Shown one piece after another: positions 24,099 to 24,786 of a stretch of 24,786 nucleotides of DNA. The position numbers were made by a program, and so were the translations under genes. Position 1 is the stretch's first letter. Each line of letters starts with the position of its first letter. The notes beneath the pieces were generated by a model that was not told the DNA's origin, searched no databases, and was given only the letters and a program-made list of their open reading frames with translations. The DNA is from a virus (Duplodnaviria; Caudoviricetes): IMG/VR virus record IMGVR_UViG_3300021411_000020, positions 1 to 24,786 of that record; one strand, given 5' to 3'.

Positions 24099-24786
24099 TA
24101 GTGAGCTGCCTCTTTCCAGGTTCGTCCCGGCTCTCCGTGCGAGAGTGGGAAGTGGATCGCCTGGCCACCCTTCGGGTGCCAGGTTCGTGTGAAGCATTCA
24201 ATCACAAGCGCGATGTCTCTGTCAAGCGTAGCCTTGGCCAGGCTCATGAGCACGGCATCATGAACGGTCAGCTTGAGCCTGCGGAGCAGGCGGTCAGGCA
24301 AGCGCACGCACCCTTCCAAGAGAAGCTCATGAGTAGCGTTCTGACCGAGCAGAGCCGGACCCTGGGTTACTTCACGACCAGGCTCCGTGACCAGACGCGT
24401 ACCCCAGTCATTGACCACGTACCCGTGCATCCTCGCGAACTTGGCTACCCGGTCTTGCCACGCGACCACACCAGGGTACTTGGTGTTGAGCGCTACCAGG
24501 AACGCCTTGCACTCAGGCTCGGGCATGCCTGTGGTCATGGCCATCTTCTGAGCACCGATCTTGTACCCCCAACCGTGACCCGGGGCCTTAGCTCGTTGCC
24601 GGTATCCAGCCGGGTCCGTGGCCACGGCCTCAGCGCCCCATGCAGCAAGAGCATTGATCATGTGCCCGTCTGCTCCTGGGAGAAAGCGCTTGGCGAACTC
24701 ACGGTCTCCGGAGTAGGCCGCGACCGCGCGAGCGTCCGCGTTCGAGAAGTCGAACTCAACCAGAAGATCGTCGTCGGAATCAGCGA
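24098..24786 (-). CDS. DNA polymerase family A, C-terminal part (runs off the window)
   Basis: Motif A EFDFSNADAR, motif B RQRAKAPGHGWGY, motif C TVHDA; frame open to the window edge. Confidence 0.9.
   Translation of the reverse strand, partial: ADSDDDLLVEFDFSNADARAVAAYSGDREFAKRFLPGADGHMINALAAWGAEAVATDPAGYRQRAKAPGHGWGYKIGAQKMAMTTGMPEPECKAFLVALNTKYPGVVAWQDRVAKFARMHGYVVNDWGTRLVTEPGREVTQGPALLGQNATHELLLEGCVRLPDRLLRRLKLTVHDAVLMSLAKATLDRDIALVIECFTRTWHPKGGQAIHFPLSHGEPGRTWKEAAH

Overview
This window is part of a GC-rich siphovirus-type phage genome, most like an actinobacteriophage. It starts with small + strand genes (104-1672) and two GT-A-fold glycosyltransferases. A colinear virion operon follows: HNH, terminase small and large, portal, maturation protein, scaffold, major capsid, an inserted GT-B glycosyltransferase, head-tail genes, major tail, tail chaperones, tape measure and four minor tail proteins. 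The lysis region has two membrane proteins, a DUF1906-like endolysin and a holin. Beyond a bidirectional terminator at 22454-22492, - strand genes include a HAD phosphatase, a DUF6378-like protein and the C-terminus of a family A DNA polymerase. Main observations: (1) a ~375-nt, extensively base-paired non-coding segment (21236-21612), likely a large structured RNA, inside the lysis cassette and convergent with a small leaderless gene; (2) three glycosyltransferases, one directly behind the capsid gene; (3) a tail-chaperone pair that needs a +1/-2 rather than -1 frameshift; (4) an internal start in the endolysin; (5) two promoters with identical TTGACA-17-TAAGGT hexamers driving leaderless genes. 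All calls come from motif recognition and synteny by eye; no database searches or folding programs were run.
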